A stretch of DNA of 63,898 nucleotides, the filler included, from Octopus bimaculoides (Eukaryota): NCBI RefSeq assembly GCF_001194135.2. It is 10 parts of 8 records of this genome, joined end to end, with 100 filler letters (N's around TTAATTAATTAA, not from the genome) between each part and the next. Parts side by side here need not be neighbours in the genome. Positions count along the whole stretch, not along the records: positions 37,756 to 51,999 come from NC_068996.1; positions 52,100 to 54,583 come from NC_068986.1; positions 54,684 to 58,042 come from NC_068988.1; positions 58,143 to 62,396 come from NC_068982.1; 6 more parts are not named here. One strand, 5' to 3'. Made by a program: the position numbers and the translations under genes. Below are positions 49,800 to 62,396 of the stretch, piece by piece (the stretch's first letter is position 1; each line of letters begins with the position of its first letter). Below the pieces are notes generated by a model, which saw only the letters and a program-made list of their open reading frames with translations, did not search any database and was not told the origin of the DNA.

Positions 49800-50620
49800 G
49801 ATTTTGGGATTGGAAACCTCAGAGCCAGACAAAGGAAAGATCTGATCATTTGATGGTCTGTGCAACATTCTGCAGCCCTCATAGCATAGCATGGGTGATC
49901 AAGACATCCTTATGATCCCTTTGTTGAACAATCACATAATCAAGAAGGTACCAGGATTTGGATCAAAGATGAATCTAGAATTTGCAGATTGTTGGAAGCT
50001 GCAAAACTGTGTTGGTAATGACCAGTTTATGTTGGGAACAGAGGGTTAAAAGATAAAGGTCATTGGTGTTCATTTTGCTAACACTATGATGACTAATAAC
50101 TCCAGATCAGATGAGATGATTCTGACCAAACCTGGCATTGAAATCACTAAGCAATATGATCAGAACGGGTATCCTTCAGATGATGTTGTCCAGAGTTATG
50201 TAGAACCTGTTCTTGGCTTCTTCAGCAGAGTACAAAGTGAGCGCATAGGCACGAATGACCATGATCTTTGGAGAGAGCAAGCTGCAGTGTGATGAAACAT
50301 TCAACAGGAAGTTCTGCCATCTTATTTGCAATGGATATTTTCACAGTGAAGGCCATTCCACGAGTCCTATCATTGCCATCGAGGACAGCCTTCAAGTAGA
50401 AGGCATATCCCTCTCCCTGTTCAGTGAGAGAGCCTGCTGAGAAGCGTGTCTCGCTAAGGGTCGCTATGTCCAAGTCGTAGCATTCCAGCTCAGATGCAAC
50501 CAGAGCAGTCCTTTGTTCAGATCGATCTGAGGTAAGAAGATCATGTAAAGTTCTGACATTCCAGGATGCAACTGATAGTTTGCTGACAGGGCAGAAGCTT
50601 TGCATGGGCAACCTTTTCTA
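49800..50620 (-). mobile_element. RTE-clade LINE apurinic endonuclease (APE) remnant, probably with 5' UTR to about 51030
   Basis: VASWNVRTL, RTALVASELECYDLDIATLSETRF, then in shifted frames LLSDFNARFG, LCSQHKLVITNT, WYLLDYVIVQQRD and CCTDHQMI. These are typical RTE APE motifs. Confidence 0.85.
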
Positions 50621-52099
50621 GGCCATTCCTTGGATTAAGGTAGACAGAACCTTCCCTAAATAGGGCTGACTAGACACATGGACAGGACCAAAGAAGCCTG
50701 TTGTCCCCAGGTGCAAACTTCTGTGACCATCTTACTTATGCTGCCATCATGCAAGCTTCCAGCATCATCCATGCTTGATTCCGTCAACTGCTCATCGCTG
50801 ATGGACTTGGGAGTAGGAAAAAAAAGAGGAGGAAAATGAAGGAAGGTTGTTGAGATAGATTGAAGTCTGCTCACAGATTTGTTTCCAGTGATGAGAAGGG
50901 CATGCAGTCCTTCACAGCACAACTTGACTTATCCATGTCTGGTCCAGAGGCAAGGCAGAGATCCAGAACGACTGGGGTCATGGACAAGCTACAGTGAGCT
51001 GCAGCATCCACATGTAATGGGGCATCTTTCAAAAATTTATTTCCTGCAGATAAATTTAGACATCAACTAACACATTGGTTCTCAAAGTGACAAATACCAG
51101 GCCCACAAAAAATATATCAGTGAAAGTTTGGAAGCATCTCAACTTTATTAATGAGAAAACATCTATATATAACCTTTCATTCTTCACTAAGTTTTGAAAA
51201 GTTGGAAACCATTCTAATTCTTTTAAATATGACTCTTTGTATCCTTTCAAATTTTCACAAGCCTTATGGTAACCTGGCTCACCTTATGAAAAACAGTACT
51301 AATGGGTATTTGTCTGGTACTGGAGACTTTATATTTGTTGTTCTCTGTATTCTCAATGGATGTTATGAAGGTTTATATAAGACAAACAAGACACAAGTGT
51401 AACCCTTGTGGAACCAGGCACAGAAGCAAAGCCGAGTATCAGAAGAGTTTAAGAGACAATTTAAATGGTTAGGCGTTAATTGATTAAGCTTTTCAGTAAA
51501 TATATAAATAATACATATAAAGAAAATTAGAACTATTTAGTGTCATAATAATGGGATCATCTACTGTGTGGTTGTGTGAATTGGGTACAGAGTTGGGCAT
51601 AACTACAGGGTTTTACCCCCCCCCCCAGACTTTGGGAGGTCATAACTTTCAGAAAAATGAATATTCTTTAATGAAATTTTCTATGCATATAGTATTTACT
51701 ATGTAGATTCCAAATATACAAAAATTTTCGGTGGAAGTGTTTTGGAATGGGGGTGGGGGACAATTTTCGGAAATTCCAACAGAATCCACTTAAATTCTTA
51801 ACTTCCAGGAAAATTAATATTTTTTCGTGAAATTTTCTACAAATATACCTTGATGTATGTACATTTCGAGCATGTAGGAATTTTGAAGGAAACAACTGCA
51901 GGTTATTTTTGAGAAGCGTTCCCCACTCGGTGGTGTTTCGGAGCAAGTCATCCATGAAACAGTGACTAAACTTATGTTATTATAAACAAAACCGACGTAN
52001 NNNNNNNNNNNNNNNNNNNNNNNNNNNNNNNNNNNNNNNNNNNTTAATTAATTAANNNNNNNNNNNNNNNNNNNNNNNNNNNNNNNNNNNNNNNNNNNN

Positions 52100-53700
52100 G
52101 CTAGACAAAGAACCCTCAGACACCCATAGATACAAAACAATCCAAGACAACAACATCACCACTCATCCAAGCCAAACCCCTACTTTTGCATGGACAGTTC
52201 ATACCAACACAACCACAACCAGCAGAAAACGGGACACAGGTTGGAACTCGATACACAGGAAAAAGCAAAGGTAATCAACCCGTCACATAAATCCCTATCA
52301 ACCACAAAGATCGATATCCTATCTAAAGGGTTAAAATTCACCCCAGTGCCACGCAGAGCTAACCAAAATTAGGCCAAAGACAGAGTTTCAGGATTCTGCA
52401 GGAAATTAAGGCTTACAGAAGCATTGGTCAATTATAATAGCGAAGATGATTCACGAGGCAAGAACAGAAGCGAACACATCCCACACACAGAAAGAAAGAA
52501 AGATATCGACGAATTCTGCAACCACATTGAAAACTTCTCCTACCATATCTTGCACAAACAAAGATATCATTTCAAACTTCAGCACCATCGAATGGAAAGA
52601 ACTTACTGAACTGAATATCAATGAAGAAGTAACAATCAAAGAAGCTGTTAAAGGAAGTTCAGTAGTAGTAATGGACACATTTTACTACAAAATCTAGTAG
52701 TATCCATACTAAATAATGACGAACACCACAAAAACTTAATGATTACACCCCCCAAAAAATAATGAAAAACCTCTTTTCACTAATCCAGACCCACAGAAAA
52801 GACCTAGAAAAAAAGAAATAGGTTAACAAACTTTAAATGTAAGCCTAGCCTATTCTATGGTCTATCGAAAATTCACAGAAGCCAAACTATAAACAAGGCC
52901 ATCAAAAAATCACCAAAGGCATACATACACCAGCACCAAGGGACCTAAAATTACAGCCCATTATAGCCGGACGATCCTGGGAAACATTGATTAAGTTGCC
53001 TCGTGGACATACTCATGAAACCTTTTCTAAAATACATCAAAATTTATATTAGAGATTACTTAGATATTTTAAATCACCCACCAGAAAACGTCAAGGAATA
53101 AACATTCATGCTTACATTTGATGTGATAAACCTATACACTAACATACCCCATAATTATGGAATCTGGTTTTGGCTGGACAACTGTCCAGAAGAAATACCA
53201 GAACGAATCAACAAAGATTTCATAATCGAATCACTAAGATTCATCCTTCAAAACAACCACTTCATGTTAGACATCATTGCTTATCGCCAAAAATCTGGAA
53301 TTGCCATGGGAACCAGGGCAGCATTCCATTTTAGACAAGGGCAAAGTTAAATCTAACTTCACTTGCGTCTCTGAAAACCTCATTTATGTTATCAGATGCT
53401 CGGCTCGGGCTGCCATAAAAACTATATAGGCTCGACAGGATTGTCGGTCAGATGGAGATGTACGGCCCACAGACAACAGATATCCTACCCACAATATCGC
53501 CAGATATATCTCAGTGAATACATTAACAGATGTGGAGAGCAGCTTCAACCACAATTCCCAATTTTCCCATTATATCAATTTGCTATTTGGATCTCGACAC
53601 ATGTACGACTAAATAAAGGGGCCTCATTTATCGATAAATATAAGCCGGAATTAAATATAAACCCATATTGCAAATTAAAGATTTACCCCAACTATTGTAA
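52100..53700 (+). mobile_element. Neptune-type Penelope-like element, decayed, with a large internal deletion at about 53323
   Basis: KVINPSHKSLS...ILSKGLKFTPVP; EAVKGSSVVVMD (ADKG motif); FYGLSKIHRSQ; LTFDVINLYTNIPH; ILQNNHF...YRQKSGIAMGT. It is then fused to FTCVSENLIYVIRC...CHKNYIGSTG...HRQQI...FPIFP...FIDKYKPELN. The YxDD motif is missing. Confidence 0.88.
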
Positions 53701-54119
53701 GAATCAAGTGTATACCAATATTAAAAATTAGATTTACCTCCCTTTTGCTGTAAAATACCTTGGTTACCAATTAGTCCCCCTAGCAAACAAAATATCTAAT
53801 TCAGAAATTCATCCAAAATTCATCATTTGAAAGCGATAACGTAACCGGTTATTATGTTGGAAGAAAAATTCTTTATTTCGTAATGATTCTAATATACTGT
53901 TTAGTCTTTTAAAGCAAATCTTGTGCTTTTTCATCTTATTTCTTTCCGTATATATTCAACCACATATAGCCAGCCACCATAATATAGGTGGCTGGGTACT
54001 TGATAGTTATTTTCTCCTCGCTTCCTCGATTTCGTCACCTTGTTAACTTTCAGTGCTTCTGGCTAATTGAGTCGATTTTGACTCCTATTCTAGAAAAACT
54101 GGTGTTATCTAGTACCCTT

Positions 54120-54120
54120 A

Positions 54121-54190
<70 letters not shown>

Positions 54191-54225
54191 TGTGTGTGTG
54201 TGCGTGTGTGTGCACGCGAGTGTGC

Positions 54226-54267
<42 letters not shown>

Positions 54268-54583
54268 ATAGGCATAGGTATATGTAGTGGAATATATGTA
54301 TATTATTATACACGCATTTATACATTATGTGGTTGTGTGTATGTATGTGTATTGGTGTATGTAAGTGCGTGGAATGATATATGAGTCTACTAATAAGTTA
54401 ATGTATGTACTTCACATGACGAAAAATGTTTCAACAAATGCCTTATATTTGTATAAATTTGGCATCTGCTCAGAAGCCAAAACTCACGTGTAGGTGGCAT
54501 TCTCAGTTTTGGGCTTTCTACGTGTATGTATGTATGTATGTATGTATGGATGGATGGATGGATGGATGGATGGATGGATGGAG
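54120..54583. repeat. (TG)n, (TATG)n and (GGAT)n microsatellites
   Basis: Direct reading. Confidence 0.95.
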
Positions 54584-54748
54584 NNNNNNNNNNNNNNNNN
54601 NNNNNNNNNNNNNNNNNNNNNNNNNNNTTAATTAATTAANNNNNNNNNNNNNNNNNNNNNNNNNNNNNNNNNNNNNNNNNNNNTATATACATATATATAT
54701 ATATATAGCCATTTCCCAACATCACATCATCAACAGACACTTCATTTC

Positions 54749-54788
<40 letters not shown>

Positions 54789-55029
54789 TATATACATACA
54801 CTGCACTGTGCAGCACCTGCCATATACACACTTCTATCTTTCTCTGTCCTCCTCTCCCACCTCCACCCGAATGCTTGTAGCCCCTCCCCTCTTCTCCACT
54901 TCTTCACATGCACACATATACTGCAACATTACACACACACACACACACACACGCCTTGTGTTTCTCTTTCAAGCACGTGTTTTAACGTATGGATATAAAC
55001 AATGGTAGCATTACAGGAAAACAACCAAA

Positions 55030-55034
55030 AGCCA

Positions 55035-55088
<54 letters not shown>

Positions 55089-55712
55089 ATTTATTTATCT
55101 CTCTATCCATCTACATCATTCTCTCTATCTATTTATCCTTTCTCTTTCTCTCTTTATCTCTCTCTCTCTCTCTCTCTNNNNNNNNNNNNNNNNNNNNNNN
55201 NNNNNNNNNNNNNNNNNNNNNNNNNNNNNNNNNNNNNNNNNNNNNNNNNNNNNNNNNNNNNNNNNNNNNNNNNNNNNNNNNNNNNNNNNNNNNNNNNNNN
55301 NNNNNNNNNNNNNNNNNNNNNNNNNNNNNNNNNNNNNNNNNNNNNNNNNNNNNNNNNNNNNNNNNNNNNNNNNNNNNNNNNNNNNNNNNNNNNNNNNNNN
55401 NNNNNNNNNNNNNNNNNNNNNNNNNNNNNNNNNNNNNNNNNNNNNNNNNNNNNNNNNNNNNNNNNNNNNNNNNNNNNNNNNNNNNNNNNNNNNNNNNNNN
55501 NNNNNNNNNNNNNNNNNNNNNNNNNNNNNNNNNNNNNNNNNNNNNNNNNNNNNNNNNNNNNNNNNNNNNNNNNNNNNNNNNNNNNNNNNNNATATATATA
55601 TATATATATATATATACCTCTACCAGTGTCAACTTTATCACTTATGCATATCGACAAATAGATGAAGGTACTATGAAATCACGCACGCGCGCGCGCATGC
55701 ACATGCACGCAT

Positions 55713-55761
<49 letters not shown>

Positions 55762-55879
55762 TGTGTATTTGCATAATTGTACAATTATATATAAATAAAA
55801 ATTAGATTTAGGAATGTATATTATTGTGTGCTGTGTGAGTGTATATACAAACATGTGCGTGTATGTGTGTGTGTGCGTG

Positions 55880-55925
<46 letters not shown>

Positions 55926-57215
55926 TGTGTGTGTGAAGTAATCCTATGACATTTTTGCTCCAGCTCAGCTGATTGTGTTTTATTATTGCATTTTTTTAAT
56001 TTTTATTTATTTTGATTCGATCTCTTTCGGGGGAGGGGAGATTCACCGAGATATTGAGAGGAGAACCGGAGAGAGAAAGAGAGAAGGGAATGCGAAGAGG
56101 GGGAGGAGGAGTTTAAAGGGAGAGGGTAGAGGAGGTAGAAAGACAGGGAGTTTAGAGAGAGAGGACCAAGAGTCAGAGAGAGAAAACAATTTCTTTCAAC
56201 TCCAGCTTTTTTTTCTCTAATCTCTCTCAAACACACACAAACACACATACATGCACATACACACACACACACATACACACACATACACATACATGTGTAT
56301 GTACATGCACATACACACACACACATACACACACACACATACATGCACACACACACATACACACATACACACATACATGCACATACACACACATACATGC
56401 ACATACACACACACATACATACACACACACACGCATACACACATACACACACAAACATACATGCACATACACACACAAATCTCTTGTTTCACACACGCAC
56501 ACCTCGCTCTGATTCTCTCTCTCTCTCTCTCCCTCTTTCTCACTCCCTTTCATCTTTCTCTCTATCTCTTTCTCTCTCTTCCTCTCTTTCTCACGCATCT
56601 TTTATTTTTCCCTCTCTCCCTCGCTCTCTCTCTCTCCATTTTCAAAATCAATAATGAAATCATATTTCAATCGAAAATGGAATCATCAAAAACTCACCTT
56701 CGATTAGCCACAAATGCCTGTTAACCAAAGGAATCAAGGAGAAGATAGCAACGGAACCTTCTCAACCGGTTTTTCAAGAGAATTCGTCGGACACTCTCAC
56801 CATTTTTATTAACATTATCTATTTATTTAGATCTCTGAGTATATGTGACTGTGTGGACAAATGTATGTATGCATATATACATATATATATACACACACCC
56901 GTGCACATATATATGCTTATATCTATATACACAAAACACACACATATACATATATGTAACATATATATATATATATATTTCTACCTTTAGGTTGTAAACA
57001 TATATATATATATATACACACACATATACAAATATACTTACATTTAAATATATACACATACATATATATGCTCACATTTAAACACATTTACACACACATA
57101 TATATAACACACACATACACACATATAGATGGTCATATTTAATATATATGTACAGATATGTATACGCTTACATTTCAATATATGCACGTATATGTCTACA
57201 ATTCAACATATGAAA

Positions 57216-57275
<60 letters not shown>

Positions 57276-57320
57276 GTGTGTATGTGTATGTGTGTGTGTG
57301 TATGTGTGTGTGTGTGTTCA
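55030..57320. repeat. CT, TA, CA/TG and GA-rich simple-repeat tract
   Basis: Direct reading. Confidence 0.9.
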
Positions 57321-57370
57321 TGCACACCTACATAGTATGCATTCATGCATACACCAGCATGTATATTTTG

Positions 57371-57575
57371 GTGGAAGAGCTGGCAGAATTGGTAGAGCAC
57401 CGGAATAAATACTTAGTTGTATTTCTTCCGATTCCTTGCATCCGGAGTTCGACTTCCGCCGAACTCAACAAAACAAATTTCCATTCAAGCGCCCTGCGGT
57501 CGATGAAAATTAGCAGACACACCCCCTCGCCATACACGCACTTGATATTGCTGGCATTGTGCCAAAATTGGATAC
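57371..57575 (+). mobile_element. SINE family A, degraded
   Basis: GAAGAGCTGGCAGAATTGGTAG...GAGTTCGACTTCCGCCGA...GCGGTCGATGAAAATTAG...TTGCTGGCATTGTGCCAAAATTG. A similar degraded copy lies at 44603-44760. Confidence 0.65.
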
Positions 57576-58145
57576 AACTATTATGAATACAGATATAATA
57601 CGCAAACACACACACACACACATGTATGTATGTATGTATATATGTATGCATATATGTATGTATGTGCGTATATATGACGAAGAAGAAAGTGACTGATATC
57701 GTTTAATTTCCACGACTTTTCGTGTGAGTGTGTGTCTGGCTGTTATTTTTAGCAGTCGTCACTTGCCTGTCCTTTGCAACGATATTTACTACAATAGACC
57801 ACAGCCACCATCATCACCACCACCACTCCCACCGCCGCCGAACCCGCCACACTACTAGGCCACCACCATCGCCGCCGCCCACTTGTACCCTCCGCACCAT
57901 CCTCTCGTTCCCCCTCCCCTCGACCAACGTTTAAACGTTGCTCTACAAACTGCAAGCAACGGCGAACAAACGGACTCTGTTCAATGAACGAAGAAACAGA
58001 TATTTCTCTTCACACATGAACAAACCTCAATACGTAACAGCANNNNNNNNNNNNNNNNNNNNNNNNNNNNNNNNNNNNNNNNNNNNTTAATTAATTAANN
58101 NNNNNNNNNNNNNNNNNNNNNNNNNNNNNNNNNNNNNNNNNNTAT

Positions 58146-58176
<31 letters not shown>

Positions 58177-58381
58177 TTTACATATATTTGTGTGTGTATG
58201 TGTGTGTGTGAGTGTGAGCGTGTGTGTATATATATGTATATATATGTATGCATATGTGTGTGTGCAAAAGCATGGAACGATTAGAAGCTCTTTTGTTATG
58301 TGTATCAAATTGTCACCCACACCCACGCACACACACACACCCACAACATACACTCACATACACACACATATATATGCATAA

Positions 58382-58552
58382 GTGCAGGTGATGCTGAGTA
58401 GCAGCAAGATTGCCTCACTAACATGTAGTTCTGGGTTCAGTCCCACTGCATACCACATTGGACAAGGGTATTCTACTACAGTACCAGGTCGATCAGACAG
58501 AGCCTTGTGAGAGGATATGATGAACGGAAACTGAAAGAAGCCTGTCGTACGT
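58382..58552 (+). mobile_element. SINE family B
   Basis: CTGGGTTCAGTCCCACTGCATACCACATTGGACAAG...GCCTTGTGAG...ACGGAAACTGAAAGAAGCCTGTCGTA. Confidence 0.75.
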
Positions 58553-59907
58553 AAACGCTTGTGATGACAATCCTGCCGCAGGTGTAGCTTCTTAATAGAC
58601 AATTACTTATACAAATCCTAAAATCCTGATAGTATTTATGACCATACCCTGCCCTCCATTCTAAACAGACACTGTCCTCTAGCCTTAGATTTGGTAGTTG
58701 ATAAAAAAGACTAATAAATTAAAAATGAACCACAATCCTTCACAAGCTATGACCCTAACAAACTTCATGCAGTTCTTAGAAGTGTAGTATATTCTTAGCT
58801 ACATTAGTAGCAACATGGGTTCTTTCCCTCTTTTTGCTCTATTAAAGAATTTGAGTAAAAGTATATTAATGTGTCCAACTGATTAAAAATTCTATTTATT
58901 TATGCAGCTGAGGATAGCCCTGCATTTAAATTAATGTAATGATTGCATTGTTCAATTAAATGGAGGCGCTTGAAACGGTCGTAATGCATCACCTGCTTAT
59001 TTTGATTATATATATATATGTGCATATACATGTGTATGTATATGCCTGTATATACTTATATGTGTGTGTGTATGTGCGAACGTGTGTGTCTGTGTGTCTG
59101 TCTGCCTGTCCATCTGTCTGTCTGCGTGTCAGTGCGTGTATGTGAGTGTATTACTGAATATAAAATGTGTTCTTGAGATTCGTTCTTCACTTTGCTATCA
59201 TTTGTCATAATATATAAAACATCACACAAAATACCTAACGGTATTTCTACGGACACTACGTTCTGTTTTCAAATACGTAATAGAACATTGGGGCAAAAAG
59301 TGCCTTGTGGTTTTTCTTTCGACTGTTTATTTATGTCCTGAATTCAAAACCTGCAGAGGTTTACTTAGCTTTTAATCCTTTCGGAATCGATGAAAAAAAG
59401 TAGCACTCAAGTACTAGTCTGAACGTAATCGACAAACACCCTCTCACAAGATTAATGTTCTTCTTAAATTAGAAACCTTCGACTTTCATTATTAATTTTT
59501 TAACGTTGTACTCTACCTCAGGCTCTTATTGAATGGTTTCAGTAACTTATTTGGTCCATAGAAGAAGTGGTCAATGACATCTCGCTCAATATCTCAGCAT
59601 TATCGATGAAATAAGCGCGTTGGAATGCTCGTCCAAAAGTACAACAGAACAAATGAGAGGTTGTGAATAATGTTAATAGATATCAGCATGAGTAATGGAA
59701 AGTGAGTGTATTAACGAGGTTTGGAAGTTTTGAGGGTCAAAAGTTGACCAATCAAATAGTTTGGCAAGCGGAGCTATGATAAAAATGTCGCAAGCTTTCA
59801 ATCTGACGCTCCTTCAGCTCTTCGAATTACCGACATAATTTTTTGTGATAAGAAACAGTATATGATGATGTATATTTTCTGCCTATGTCCCCAACACATA
59901 CACACAC

Positions 59908-60048
59908 AGGGGCTTGGCTATGCGGAAAGGAAATTGCTTGATAGCCACATGGTTCAGGGAGTAGACTTACTGCATGGTATCTTGGACAAGTGTCTTCTAC
60001 TATAGCCTCGTGCCGATTAATGCCTTGTGATTTGGCAGACGGAAACTT
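59908..60048 (+). mobile_element. SINE family B
   Basis: CCACATGGTTC...CTTGGACAAGTGTCTTCTACTATAGCCTCG...GCCTTGTGATTTGGCAGACGGAAACT. Confidence 0.75.
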
Positions 60049-60507
60049 TATATATATATANNNNNNNNNNNNNNNNNNNNNNNNNNNNNNNNNNNNNNNN
60101 NNNNNNNNNNNNNNNNNNNNNNNNNNNNNNNNNNNNNNNNNNNNNNNNNNNNNNNNNNNNNNNNNNNNNNNNNNNNNNNNNNNNNNNNNNNNNNNNNNNN
60201 NNNNNNNNNNNNNNNNNNNNNNAAAATAACTTTATACCATTCCCAAATTATCAAAAATTGAATATAAATATTACGGACATGTACTTGTATAGCAAGTGAC
60301 CTGATCTGAGATTGTTTGCTGAATCTAAAACAATTGTAGCGTGGAAGGTGTTTATAAACCATTTAAAAACACACACAAAAAAAAAACCGTTCGATTCACT
60401 TCAACATTTAAATCTAATTTGCCAAAATATTTTCGTCGCTTTGAGACCGCGACCTGTTCACTGACAAAATTCCGTGCTGCATCTGAGAAAGTAACAGTTA
60501 GTTCATG

Positions 60508-60538
<31 letters not shown>

Positions 60539-60573
60539 TATATGTATGTATGTATGTACGTGTGCATGTAAGT

Positions 60574-61240
60574 ATGTGCGCATGCAGTTTTCTTGTGGTG
60601 CTTCCTATGTAGGATGCGCCACATTTGCCACATAAGATTTCATATACAACATAGATCCTCTGGCACAATTCAAGGTCATTGATGGGGAAGTTCGATAATG
60701 TGAATACCTCGGAGTAGTGAGAGGTGTTGTTCTTGGATAGAGTTTTTTTCTCAGGGAAGGGTCGGTGTGCACTATCTGTACGTTAAGTCCTTCCCTGCGG
60801 ACTGCGTGTTGTATCGCTACAGTAGTGTAGCGGAGGAGGAGGGAGAGAAGGACCTATGTTGTATATCAGATCATCTGTGGAAAATATGGTGCATCCTACA
60901 TAGGAAGCACAAATACAAAACTGCATATACGCATTAAGGAACGCATGCAGGGAGACACTTCAGTGTAGAAACGTCTACGGAAATGCCAGACTCGTGAATT
61001 CACGGTGCACATCAAGGCAACAGCGGAACAGGGGCAACCTTAGATTCTCTGAGGCCATCCTCATACACCAAAAGAAACCTAAAATCAACAACAGATGAGA
61101 GTTACAGGAAGCTAGCTAGTTGCTATAGTAACACCTTTCCGTGCATGTCCACTCTACCCATGCTCACACACACGCACATCGGCAACATTCGCTTATTTTC
61201 TTGAAAATGGGCTCATAACCCCGAAATATTGAATACAAGG
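60574..61240. mobile_element. Head-to-head pair of Penelope-type GIY-YIG fragments (minus about 60800 to 60574; plus about 60845 to 61240)
   Basis: Minus: GLNVQIVHTDPSLRKKL...PINDLELCQRIYVVYEILCGKCGASYIGSTTRKLH. Plus: TYVVYQIICGKYGASYIGSTNTKLHIRIKERM...NLRFSEAILIHQKKPKINNR. Confidence 0.85.
61194..61235 (+). ncRNA. Minimal hammerhead-like motif with U3-A8 core swap, 3' of the PLE endonuclease
   Basis: Parses as TATTTTC-TTGAAAA-T-GGG-CTCATAAC-CCC-GAAA-TAT-T-GAATA, with palindromic ATAT stem III. It sits where PLE terminal-repeat hammerheads are expected. Confidence 0.5.
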
Positions 61241-61689
61241 TAAGTGTACATTAATTCATATATTTGTTTTCTTGTGATTTACCTTGCATTTACTTCGCAT
61301 TGTTTTGGGCTTACCCACGATATATATANNNNNNNNNNNNNNNNNNNNNNNNNNNNNNNNNNNNNNNNNNNNNNNNNNNNNNNNNNNNNNNNNNNNNNNN
61401 NNNNNNNNNNNNNNNNNNNNNNNNNNNNNNNNNNNNNNNNNNNNNNNNNNNNNNNNNNNNNNNNNNNNNNNNNNNNNNNNNNNNNNNNNNNNNNNNNNNN
61501 NNNNNNNNNNNNNNNNNNNNNNNNNNNNNNNNNNNNNNNNNNNNNNNNNNNNNNNNNNNNNNNNNNNNNNNNNNNNNNNNNNNNNNNNNNNNNNNNNNNN
61601 NNNNNNNNNNNNNNNNNNNNNNNNNNNNNNNNNNNNNNNNNNNNNNNNNNNNNNNNNNNNNNNATATATGGGTGTAGGATGCTCAGTTG

Positions 61690-62100
61690 GATGTTTGTGT
61701 GTGTGTGTGTGTTCCCCACCACCGCTTGACAACCGGTGTTGGTGTGTTTATGTCCCCATAACAGCAGATCGGCAACAGACCAACAGACATCGATAGTATA
61801 AATACCAGGCTTAAAAAAATTTAGAACTGGAGTCGATTCATTCGACTAAAAATTCTTCAAGACAGTGCCCCAGCATGGCCGCAGTCAAATGACTGAAAGA
61901 AGTAAAAGACAGGGTAAAATGCTGAACTGTATTTCGTCTGTCTTTATGTTCTAAGTTCAAATTCCGCTGAGATTTTTTTTTTTTTACCCATAACCTTGCT
62001 GTTTGGCAAATGAGATCGATAGAATAAGTACTAGGCTCAAGAAATAAGTCGATTTGTTCGAATAAAACCCTTCAAGTGGTGCTCCAGCATGGTCACAGTT
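61690..62100 (+). mobile_element. SINE B 3' half plus a chimeric SINE A/B fragment
   Basis: CCACCACCGCTTGACAACCGGTGTTGGTGTGTTTATGTCCCC...CAGCATGGCCGCAGTCAAATGACTG, then an A-type head (GTTCAAATTCCGCTGAG) joined to a B-type tail. Confidence 0.7.
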
Positions 62101-62354
62101 ATCTCTATGTCTCAACCCTTCATTTTCTGAAAAACAACGTATAGATGGGCTATTTTCATTCAAAAACTATTTGCATGGGTCACCCAAAAACTGAAGAATC
62201 AGCAATAAAAAAAAGGACGTTATACCGAATAATGAAAACATAACAATGGTGTTGCCATATTGTGTAAATCAGCTGGGGAGAGTTTAAATAAAATCGAGTC
62301 ACAGAAAACCGAGAAATCCTAAATTTCACAGCTAAGCTATTAGTGTGGTTCTGG

Positions 62355-62396
<42 letters not shown>

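Noticed and set aside
51056-51250. Minus-strand ORF with a hydrophobic C-terminus
   Set aside because: No convincing acceptor/donor pair and no recognisable homology.
514-61796. Long ORFs rich in YI, CV, HT, LS, RE, poly-X or poly-S/Y/I
   Set aside because: They are translations of microsatellites and N gaps, with no domain content.
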